A stretch of DNA of 63,464 nucleotides, counting the filler. It is 3 parts of 3 records of this genome, joined end to end, with 100 filler letters (N's around TTAATTAATTAA, not from the genome) between each part and the next. Parts side by side here need not be neighbours in the genome. Positions count along the whole stretch, not along the records: positions 1 to 31,412 come from SRR20825010_844; 2 more parts are not named here. The stretch is one strand, 5' to 3'. The notes below the pieces were generated by a model. The model was not told the DNA's origin and did not search any database. It was given only the letters and a program-made list of their open reading frames with translations. Shown here piece by piece: positions 17,665 through 25,036 of this stretch. Position 1 is the first letter of the stretch; each line of letters starts with the position of its first letter. The position numbers and the translations under genes are program-made.

Positions 17665-17746
17665 CGCCACACCGCCACATATTCCGGGTGAAACTGTGAC
17701 GGTTTTTGTGGCGCGACTGTGGCGTAAAATTCCGGTGTCCGAAGGC

Positions 17747-18487
17747 TTATTGAGGGGTTAAAAGCTGCATGCAATAGTCTGGCACCTTGATCTCATCGTC
17801 GCCGGTACGGCTGAAAACCAAATCACTGAAATGTCCGCTGCTTACCAGTTTTTCCCCTTCATACATCTCAAAGCGGAATGGCCACATCACCCCGTCTATA
17901 CGGCGATACTCAAACTCGCGCCCGTATGACTTGCCACCAAACCACAGCGCGCTGATCAGGCTGGTTTCCGGGTCGATACCAATATGGAACCCCTTCCAGC
18001 CAGGGCGATAGATGTTGTACCAATCAAGGCCCGCGTATGGCGCTGTTGTCGGCGCGCCGGGGTCTGCGGGCGCGAGAATCGTCTGGCTGTCGCTCAGGAG
18101 AAACAGGAAGTTGCTGTAGAGCGAACGCATCATGCGGTTTTCTTCCGCCTCTGGTAGCGGCGCGCAATGTCCGCCAATGAAGCTGTATCCGCGCCCGGCG
18201 CCTGCAATCTTGCGCTCTAACCCGCCTTCGCTGGTTTCTTCTTTGGCGATTGCCTTGTTCTGGAAGTCATAGTGCATATCAGCGACATGAGGCAGCTTGT
18301 CCCCCGGGTTGCGGGTGTAAAGCCGCATCCGGGCGGACGTCAGGGACATCAATGCCTCCCCACCATGCGCCGCCCGCATCTGGGCGAGCATCTCAGACGG
18401 TGTCGCCGCTGCGGTCACATGAGGGCCAGCAAACAAGCTTGAAAAGGCGAGCAGTACGCCCGCGAAAATCCGAACAGAAATCATCAT
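17747..18487 (-). CDS. hypothetical exported protein
   Basis: Signal peptide; AHGGEAL start; C-terminal EYRRIDGVMWPF beta-hairpin reminiscent of LolA-like folds; GAGG SD. Confidence 0.6.
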   Translation of the reverse strand: MMISVRIFAGVLLAFSSLFAGPHVTAAATPSEMLAQMRAAHGGEALMSLTSARMRLYTRNPGDKLPHVADMHYDFQNKAIAKEETSEGGLERKIAGAGRGYSFIGGHCAPLPEAEENRMMRSLYSNFLFLLSDSQTILAPADPGAPTTAPYAGLDWYNIYRPGWKGFHIGIDPETSLISALWFGGKSYGREFEYRRIDGVMWPFRFEMYEGEKLVSSGHFSDLVFSRTGDDEIKVPDYCMQLLTPQ

Positions 18488-18563
18488 TACCTCAACATTA
18501 AAGCGTGAGGCTTATGGAAACCCTGATTAGGCCGCGTCTCAAGCGCGGTGCGATGAACAGGGG

Positions 18564-19097
18564 CTAAGGCACGCCGGGTCGCACCACTTGTTGTGCACCA
18601 GCCAAAAGCGGGGAGAGCAAGTGTTCTGACAATCCACACTCATAGGCATATGAAGTCAGGTGTTGGCCTCGGGCTCCTAGCGGTGTTTCGCTAACTTCAA
18701 CCCCACTCATGCAGGCGATCAATGCTTTCTGGGCGCGTTTTTCAATTTCCAGTTCCTGCGCCAGAAATTCCCGATATCCGCTGCCACCTTTCATGCCATT
18801 CCGTATCTCGCGTAGCGGGCCCAAAATCTCCGTCTGCCAGAGGTGCGATGTGTTACCGAGCGCCACTGACGTCTCGTTTGGAAGCGCCACACGGTGGCAA
18901 TCACACCACAGGTACAGAAGCATCAGGTTTATATCTGCACCAAAGCTGTTCTGTGCCTCAAGGCAAATGTCTTTCACGCCTGGTTTCCCATAAACCTCTA
19001 AAGCGAAGTGCCAGAAAATATCCGGGTCATGAACCAGCTTGTGAATAATATCAGGGGCTTGCACGTCAGGCCTCTCTTCCTTGTGGTGATCGGTCAT
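18564..19097 (-). CDS. TIGR02444/DUF2390 family protein
   Basis: FWHFALEVYGKPGV, CLEAQNSFGADINLMLLYLW, PLREIR and ELEIEKRAQ motifs. Confidence 0.8.
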   Translation of the reverse strand: MTDHHKEERPDVQAPDIIHKLVHDPDIFWHFALEVYGKPGVKDICLEAQNSFGADINLMLLYLWCDCHRVALPNETSVALGNTSHLWQTEILGPLREIRNGMKGGSGYREFLAQELEIEKRAQKALIACMSGVEVSETPLGARGQHLTSYAYECGLSEHLLSPLLAGAQQVVRPGVP

Positions 19098-19141
19098 GCT
19101 ATAACGGCGTACTTTGGGAAAATCGGGTTTTGAGGCAGTTG

Positions 19142-19339
19142 ATGGACGAGGATGACATCCGGGGGCAGATGGCGGTTCTCATGCAGGAACACAGGGATCT
19201 TGATGATGCCATCACTGCAGTAACGCGTGCGGGTACATTCGATCTGTTGCAGGTGCAGCGGCTCAAGAAGCGGAAGCTGATGCTCAAGGATGAGATCGCC
19301 AAGCTCAAGAATATGCTGGTGCCGGATATCATTGCCTAA
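19142..19339 (+). CDS. YdcH/DUF465 small protein
   Basis: EHRDLDDAI...QRLKKRKLMLKDEI...PDIIA. Confidence 0.9.
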   Translation: MDEDDIRGQMAVLMQEHRDLDDAITAVTRAGTFDLLQVQRLKKRKLMLKDEIAKLKNMLVPDIIA

Positions 19340-19369
19340 ACGGGTAATGCCCAAAACGTGTGGTGGCGT

Positions 19370-20110
19370 CTAGCGCACACCGTCCTCGCCTTTTTGTTCC
19401 TTTTTATTCTCATACATAGCTTTGTCAGCCTTATCGAGCGCATCGTCCGGCTGGTCGCCAGACCGGAAGGTATAGGTGCCATAAGCAAGGCTCATGTCGA
19501 TGGTCTCACTGTCTAGCGGAAGAGGGTGGGAGGCGATAAGCTCGGCAAGCGACGCAGCTTTTTCCGCGCCGACATTCTCATCAGCCTGCGCGAGGATCAC
19601 CCCAAACTCGTCACCGCCAAGGCGGCCAATCACGTCGGTGCCGCGCACATTCTCAGCCAACAGGCGTGCAACATGAAAAAGCGCCTTGTCGCCCGCTTCA
19701 TGGCCATAACGGTCGTTGATCTGTTTCATGTCATTCAGGTCAATGAACATGAGCGTTGAAGGCGCGCCGTAGCGTTCCGCGAACGAGATCATGCGGTTCA
19801 GCTCGCGCACAAATGCCCGCCTGTTGGGCACGGGCAGCAAGGCGTCGGTATCTGCCACGTCTTCCATTTCGCGCAGGCGGCGCTGGGTATGATCGAGCTC
19901 ACGGCGGAGTTTATCCACCTCTTCCATCAGCGACATGATCGCCCGCTGCACGCGTGGGGTCATCTCCTCGGGTGGAATTGTGCTCACATTTACGGTGTCG
20001 TCAATTTGCCGGGGTGCGCTGGCGCTGGTTGCGCTACTTGTTGATGATGTCCGCCGGACCTCCCGCGTGGGTGCTGTACGTGAAACACCGGGTGTATTGG
20101 TAATCTTCAT
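19370..20110 (-). CDS. diguanylate cyclase (GGDEF) with coiled coil and low-complexity N-terminus
   Basis: [29 protein letters not shown]-site, GGDEF and ADKAMYENK motifs. Confidence 0.9.
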   Translation of the reverse strand: MKITNTPGVSRTAPTREVRRTSSTSSATSASAPRQIDDTVNVSTIPPEEMTPRVQRAIMSLMEEVDKLRRELDHTQRRLREMEDVADTDALLPVPNRRAFVRELNRMISFAERYGAPSTLMFIDLNDMKQINDRYGHEAGDKALFHVARLLAENVRGTDVIGRLGGDEFGVILAQADENVGAEKAASLAELIASHPLPLDSETIDMSLAYGTYTFRSGDQPDDALDKADKAMYENKKEQKGEDGVR

Positions 20111-20214
20111 AAATAACCTGCGGTCCGTGGCAAATAATACTCTTCTAAAGCATTATGCCGCTATTGGGAATCGACTTGCAAGCTTGGGCTTGAAAATCAT
20201 CGCCCTAACGCCCC

Positions 20215-20248
20215 TTGCAATCACAATCCGCCTGCCTATAATGCGCGC
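20215..20248 (+). promoter_or_regulatory. sigma70 promoter for purEK with GC-rich discriminator
   Basis: TTGCAA-16 nt-TATAAT-GCGCGC. Confidence 0.6.
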
Positions 20249-20324
20249 TCCGCAAGCCGGTGCCGTACTGATTGGCACGAAAGAGTGCCCGGCCCCTTGC
20301 ATACTCGTGAGCGTGAGGACAGGC

Positions 20325-20822
20325 ATGACGAGCGAACGTCCCCTTGTTGGTATCATTATGGGTAGCCAGTCTGACTGGCCGACGATGAAACACGCTGCGG
20401 AAGCGCTTGACGGGCTTGGTGTGGCTTACGAGACCAAGATTGTCTCCGCACACCGCACACCAGACAGGCTCGTTGAATATGCGAAATCTGCGAAAGGCCG
20501 TGGGCTTAAATGCATTATCGCGGGCGCAGGCGGTGCTGCACACCTGCCAGGCATGGCAGCGGCGATGACACCTCTGCCGGTTTTTGGCGTACCGGTACAG
20601 TCCAGCATGCTTTCCGGCAAAGACAGCCTGCTCTCGATTGTACAAATGCCTGGCGGTGTGCCAGTAGGCACGCTGGCGATTGGCAAGGCAGGCGCGAAAA
20701 ACGCGGGCCTTCTTGCAGGTGCAGTTATTGCCCTGATGGATGATGCAGTAGCTGCAAAGCTGGATGACTTTCGTGCAGCGCAAACCGAAAGCGTTGCCAT
20801 CGATCCGGTGGATGAAAGCTAA
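20325..20822 (+). CDS. purE: N5-CAIR mutase
   Basis: [26 protein letters not shown] and [11 protein letters not shown] motifs; GAGGA SD. Confidence 0.97.
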   Translation: MTSERPLVGIIMGSQSDWPTMKHAAEALDGLGVAYETKIVSAHRTPDRLVEYAKSAKGRGLKCIIAGAGGAAHLPGMAAAMTPLPVFGVPVQSSMLSGKDSLLSIVQMPGGVPVGTLAIGKAGAKNAGLLAGAVIALMDDAVAAKLDDFRAAQTESVAIDPVDES

Positions 20823-20876
20823 GGCGCGATAGGCGCAAGCTGATAAAGATTTAACACAAAGGCAAAGAGCGTCGAC

Positions 20877-21950
20877 ATGACCCAGATCGCACCCGGCGGT
20901 ACTATTGGTATTTTAGGCGGCGGCCAGCTTGGCCGTATGCTCGCGCTCGCGGCGGCCAATTTTGGTTATCGCTGCCATGTCTTTTGTCCAGACAAACGCA
21001 GCCCCGCCTTTCAGGTGGCTCATAAGGTCACCATCGCAGACTATGAAGACGAAGAGGCGCTTGAGGCTTTTTCGCGCGATGTGGACGTGGCCACATACGA
21101 GTTTGAAAATGTCCCTGCGGTGACGGCGGAACTGGTGGCGCGCGATACGCTGTTGCGCCCCGGAGTGAAAGCGCTCAAGACTACGCAGGACCGTTTGCTT
21201 GAGAAAGACTTTCTCAACGAATCTGGTGTGAAAACCGCCCCCTATAAAGCGTTTGAGACGGAAGAAGAGCTGAAGCTGGCGATGAAAGAGATTGGCCGTC
21301 CGGCTGTCGCTAAAACCCGGCGGTTTGGCTATGACGGCAAAGGGCAGGTGATGATCAAGTCCCGCGCGGACCTTGACCGTGTGATGGAAGTCACTGGCGG
21401 CGCACCCGCAATCCTTGAAGGTTTTGTGACCTTTGACCGTGAAGTGAGTGTTGTGGTTGCGCGCTCTGCCTCTGGCGACGTCGCGGCATTCCCGGTTTCT
21501 GAAAACGTTCATACCAACCACATCCTTGATACCACGACCGTCCCTGCTGCGATTTCAGAGATGCTGGAAGCCAAAGCCAAAGTGATGGCGACCCGCGTGG
21601 CCAATGCGCTTGAATATGTGGGTGTGATGGCGGTCGAGATGTTCATCAACGACGGTGCAGGCGATATTGTGGTGAACGAGATTGCCCCCCGCGTGCACAA
21701 TAGCGGGCATTGGACAATTGAAGGTGCTCACACCAGCCAGTTTGAACAGCATATCCGCGCGATATGTGACCTGCCACTTGGCGGCACCGACGCCAGAGGC
21801 AAGGTGCGGATGAAAAACCTGCTGGGGACCGAGATTTTGGATTACGAGCCGTATCTGGCTGACCCCAAGGCCTATTTCCACCATTACGGTAAACAGGAAC
21901 CACGCCCCGGCCGCAAGATGGGCCATGTAACATGGGTCGAGACAGACTGA
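20877..21950 (+). CDS. purK: N5-CAIR synthase
   Basis: GGGQLGRM, YEFENVP, GYDGKGQ, NEIAPRVHNSGH, SQFEQH and RKMGHV motifs. Confidence 0.97.
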   Translation: MTQIAPGGTIGILGGGQLGRMLALAAANFGYRCHVFCPDKRSPAFQVAHKVTIADYEDEEALEAFSRDVDVATYEFENVPAVTAELVARDTLLRPGVKALKTTQDRLLEKDFLNESGVKTAPYKAFETEEELKLAMKEIGRPAVAKTRRFGYDGKGQVMIKSRADLDRVMEVTGGAPAILEGFVTFDREVSVVVARSASGDVAAFPVSENVHTNHILDTTTVPAAISEMLEAKAKVMATRVANALEYVGVMAVEMFINDGAGDIVVNEIAPRVHNSGHWTIEGAHTSQFEQHIRAICDLPLGGTDARGKVRMKNLLGTEILDYEPYLADPKAYFHHYGKQEPRPGRKMGHVTWVETD

Positions 21951-21952
21951 CG

Positions 21953-21976
21953 AAAAAGGAGGCCTTCGCCTCCTTT
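21953..21976. terminator. bidirectional terminator
   Basis: AAAGGAGGC/GCCTCCTTT stem between convergent genes. Confidence 0.7.
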
Positions 21977-21979
21977 AAC

Positions 21980-22885
21980 TTATATCTCCCGAAGTTCAGG
22001 CCGAGGCGCTAGTGTCTCAGGTGTCTGGATGTTTGATACCAGCCCCAATCTTTCGAACAGCACTAACACCCACCATCCTGGGTCACTTTGGCCCCTCTCC
22101 AGTCCAATTTTGGCCGATCCGGGGAAGGCGTGGTGATTATTGTGCCAGCATTCTCCGAAGGTGATGAGACCAGCGAACTTGATGTTGTACCCCTGTACGC
22201 CAGCACCATCGACGTGCCAGTGACGATGGCCTTGCCGGTGAGCGAAGTGCCCAATTAGCCAATGACCTGTGATGCATGCCGCTACCCGCGCGCAGCCACC
22301 CCATAAAACCCAGTCTATACCCCCCATGGCATAAAGGAGTATGGCTGGAGGTAGTTGTTGCCACATCCAGGTGCGGTCAATAAAGTGGTAAAATCGATCT
22401 CGTTTTATGCGATCTTCGATCTTGAGAGTTGGTGGGAAATCGAGTTTCAAGTCGCAGCATAGCTGCCAAAAGGCGTCTTGGAAGAATGGGCGCCTGTGCG
22501 CGAAATAGTCGTGGCACGCGTTTTGGCGCTGGGCCCAGTCGCGTAGATCATGCGTTTGAATCATTCCGTAAGGGCCAGCGAGCCCTACAAGCGTACCAAG
22601 ATACACCATGATATATTCAAGCCACCGCGGACAGTCGAAGCTGTTGTGGATAAGCCGACGGTGCATACCGAGCGAATGACCGAAACACAAAACTCCTGCG
22701 GTGGATACTAAAAACACAGCGAGGTTCTGCCAGCTGAAATACCAACAGGCCGCGATGATAGTGCCAGCATACATGGCCAGTACCCAAGCTGTCTTGGCTG
22801 CGGACCAAACAACGTGCCCCGATATAGCTGAAGCCTGTGAGTCCTCTTTGAACCTTGGTTTGTCGATCCCGTTTGACATTGCCAT
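21980..22885 (-). CDS. membrane acyl-CoA (delta-9-like) desaturase family protein
   Basis: GMHRRLIH, GECWHNNHHAFP and DPGWW motifs; second His box altered to HDLRD. Confidence 0.82.
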   Translation of the reverse strand: MAMSNGIDKPRFKEDSQASAISGHVVWSAAKTAWVLAMYAGTIIAACWYFSWQNLAVFLVSTAGVLCFGHSLGMHRRLIHNSFDCPRWLEYIMVYLGTLVGLAGPYGMIQTHDLRDWAQRQNACHDYFAHRRPFFQDAFWQLCCDLKLDFPPTLKIEDRIKRDRFYHFIDRTWMWQQLPPAILLYAMGGIDWVLWGGCARVAACITGHWLIGHFAHRQGHRHWHVDGAGVQGYNIKFAGLITFGECWHNNHHAFPGSAKIGLERGQSDPGWWVLVLFERLGLVSNIQTPETLAPRPELREI

Positions 22886-22933
22886 GATAGATTTCTCCCA
22901 TTCCCTCTTGATCCAAATCGCGTGAGATATTAT

Positions 22934-22996
22934 TATTTAGCTAAATAGCTAATTACGAATTATATGAATTTAGATATTTAGTCAATAAGCTAAATA
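22934..22996. promoter_or_regulatory. two ArsR/SdpR-type operators
   Basis: TATTTAG-N8-CTAATTA (22934-22955) and perfect TATTTAG-N8-CTAAATA (22975-22996) between the divergent desaturase and arsR genes. Confidence 0.7.
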
Positions 22997-23014
22997 ACGA
23001 AGCAAGGAAGTTTT

Positions 23015-23356
23015 ATGGATAAGGTGTTTCAGGCATTGTCCTCCAGTGTTCGCCGGCAGATTTTGGCGTATCTATCGAGTGCAAGTATGACCGCAGGCGA
23101 AATTGCGGATCGCTTTGATATCAGCAAGCCTTCTCTCTCAAAGCATCTCGCTATTCTCGAAAATGCCGGTCTGGTTTCAAAGGAAAAACAAGGTCAGTAT
23201 GTTCACTACGCTTTGGTGCCAGACAACCTGACGAACACCCTGGCAGGGTTTGTGATGGAAGTGTGTCCAGTGGGGCGGCCCTTGAAAAAAGAAAGTCGAG
23301 AGAAGGCCGCGCGAGACCAGATGGATGCTCCCTTGAAAGCGGACTCCGAAGGCTAG
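23015..23356 (+). CDS. ArsR/SmtB (SdpR-like) transcriptional repressor
   Basis: VFQALSSSVRRQIL, TAGEIADRF, SKPSLSKHLAILENAGLV and GQYVHY motifs. Confidence 0.92.
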   Translation: MDKVFQALSSSVRRQILAYLSSASMTAGEIADRFDISKPSLSKHLAILENAGLVSKEKQGQYVHYALVPDNLTNTLAGFVMEVCPVGRPLKKESREKAARDQMDAPLKADSEG

Positions 23357-23389
23357 AGAAAAAGGGAGGCATGTGCCTCCTTTTCTTTT
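23357..23389. terminator. terminator after arsR
   Basis: GAAAAAGGGAGGCA/TGCCTCCTTTTC stem. Confidence 0.65.
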
Positions 23390-23442
23390 GAGGGTCACTG
23401 ATGGAACTTGCTTGTTCCTGCTTTTCAGTCGCCGCAACCTGA

Positions 23443-24102
23443 TCAGGCCCGGTGCAGCACCCATGTGGCGTGGTCAGCCTCAGCCCTGAAGCCGTGCTTT
23501 TCAGCAAAGGCATAAACGATCTTGCGCATGGGGTAGCCTTTGGTGCGGCCCCAGTGCCAGTCATCCCCGGTGATCTGGGCGTCAGGCCACAGGGTGTGAC
23601 ACACTTCCAAGTCATTCGCCTGTTTGTTCGCATCAATATAAATCAGCTCAGGCTCCAGTCCCATATCATTCAGCCCATAAAGTGCGTCTGGCGACAGGCC
23701 GCGGACGGGTACAAAGCGCGCTTCAAAGCCGCGAAGGTTGGCAAGCGCTGTGGGGAAGGGCCCGTGCTGTGCGATATCAGCAGCGAAGCGTTCCTGTACC
23801 CTGCGTTCAGGGTAGGCACGGGTAAGCGCGGGCCTGCCCACATAGCGCGCGCACTGCTCAATAAGGCCGTCGTTCCACGGGTCAATGCCAACTACCTTGA
23901 GGTCCGGGTCAAGCGAAAGCCAGCGTTTTGTGCTCGCGCAGAGGAAACATCCAATCTCAAGCATAACCGCTGGTTTACGCTCAAGGATGATGGCATCCAC
24001 CAGCTGCCGCCCACCACCACCCAACGTATAGTCCCACGCCGTGACGCCGGTGGTATCCGGCCAAGGGTGTTTGGCAGCCAAGGTTTCAAATGCGTGGGTC
24101 AT
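23443..24102 (-). CDS. class I SAM-dependent methyltransferase (Methyltransf_24-like)
   Basis: MLEIGCFL, GIDPW, IYIDANK and GDDW motifs. Confidence 0.75.
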   Translation of the reverse strand: MTHAFETLAAKHPWPDTTGVTAWDYTLGGGGRQLVDAIILERKPAVMLEIGCFLCASTKRWLSLDPDLKVVGIDPWNDGLIEQCARYVGRPALTRAYPERRVQERFAADIAQHGPFPTALANLRGFEARFVPVRGLSPDALYGLNDMGLEPELIYIDANKQANDLEVCHTLWPDAQITGDDWHWGRTKGYPMRKIVYAFAEKHGFRAEADHATWVLHRA

Positions 24103-24122
24103 CGGCAATGCAGTCCAGATAG

Positions 24123-24151
24123 AAAAAGGGCGCGAACTGCCGCCGCGCCCT
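24123..24151 (-). terminator. terminator after tal
   Basis: AGGGCGCG/CGCGCCCT stem with T run on the minus strand. Confidence 0.6.
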
Positions 24152-24165
24152 GATCGTTCAAATCC

Positions 24166-24819
24166 TTAAAGGATCGAGAAGCCTGTGGCAGCCCAGTCTT
24201 TATCAAAAGCTGCGAGGCCGTTTGATGTCAGCGGATGGTTGAAAAGTTTCCGGAGCACATCAATCGGGAACGTCGCAACATCTGCGCCGATACGAGCTGA
24301 TTCGAGGATATGCGTGGGGTGGCGAACAGACGCCACAAGAATCTGCGTATCAAACTGGTAATTGTCATAGATCGTGCGGATATCTTCGATCAGTTCCATG
24401 CCGTTGAAACCAGCGTCATCATGACGGCCAACAAATGGCGAGATGAAGGTGGCACCTGCTTTTGCAGCCAGAAGCGCCTGGTTTGCGCTGAAACAAAGGG
24501 TCACATTCACCATGATGCCTTCTGCGCGCAGGGCTTTACATGTTTTAAGCCCTTCGATGGTGAGGGGCACTTTAACCGCGATATTGTCCGCAATTTTCGC
24601 GCACTTGAGGCCTTCCTTGAGCATGGTTTCATGGTCGTGGGCAACAGTTTCAGCCGATACAGGGCCATCAACCTCGCTTGCGATTTCCTTGATCACTTCA
24701 AAAAACTCGCGGCCAGCTTTTTTGATGAGTGAAGGGTTTGTTGTTACGCCGTCGAGAAGGCCGGTGGCGTTTGCTTCGCGGATTTCGTCGATGTTGGCGG
24801 TATCGAGGAAGAATTTCAT
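24166..24819 (-). CDS. tal: transaldolase (short TalC/FSA family)
   Basis: FLDTAN, GVTTNPS, VKVP and NVTLCFS motifs; Glu in VSAE and Phe in SPFVGR are the transaldolase-type rather than FSA-type residues. Confidence 0.9.
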   Translation of the reverse strand: MKFFLDTANIDEIREANATGLLDGVTTNPSLIKKAGREFFEVIKEIASEVDGPVSAETVAHDHETMLKEGLKCAKIADNIAVKVPLTIEGLKTCKALRAEGIMVNVTLCFSANQALLAAKAGATFISPFVGRHDDAGFNGMELIEDIRTIYDNYQFDTQILVASVRHPTHILESARIGADVATFPIDVLRKLFNHPLTSNGLAAFDKDWAATGFSIL

Positions 24820-25036
24820 CTTATGCTCCTTGGGCCCCTTTAGGGCGCTGAGTAGTAGGCTTTGGGTGGCCGCAATTGGTTGAGAATGCTCTAGGCCGCA
24901 CCATAAAACGGATTTCCCGGCTTGCCTAATGAATGTTTGCTATCTTTTCAACCCGTGTTTTCTATTGAAACAGGGAGATTGCGAATAGCCTGTGGCTTCC
25001 ATATGGTGCGACGGCATATCCTGCAGGACCATGACA

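Noticed and set aside
20252-20300. Hammerhead ribozyme (CTGAT...GAAA) in the purE leader
   Set aside because: The core reads CUGAUUG rather than CUGANGA and stem II cannot form in the right place
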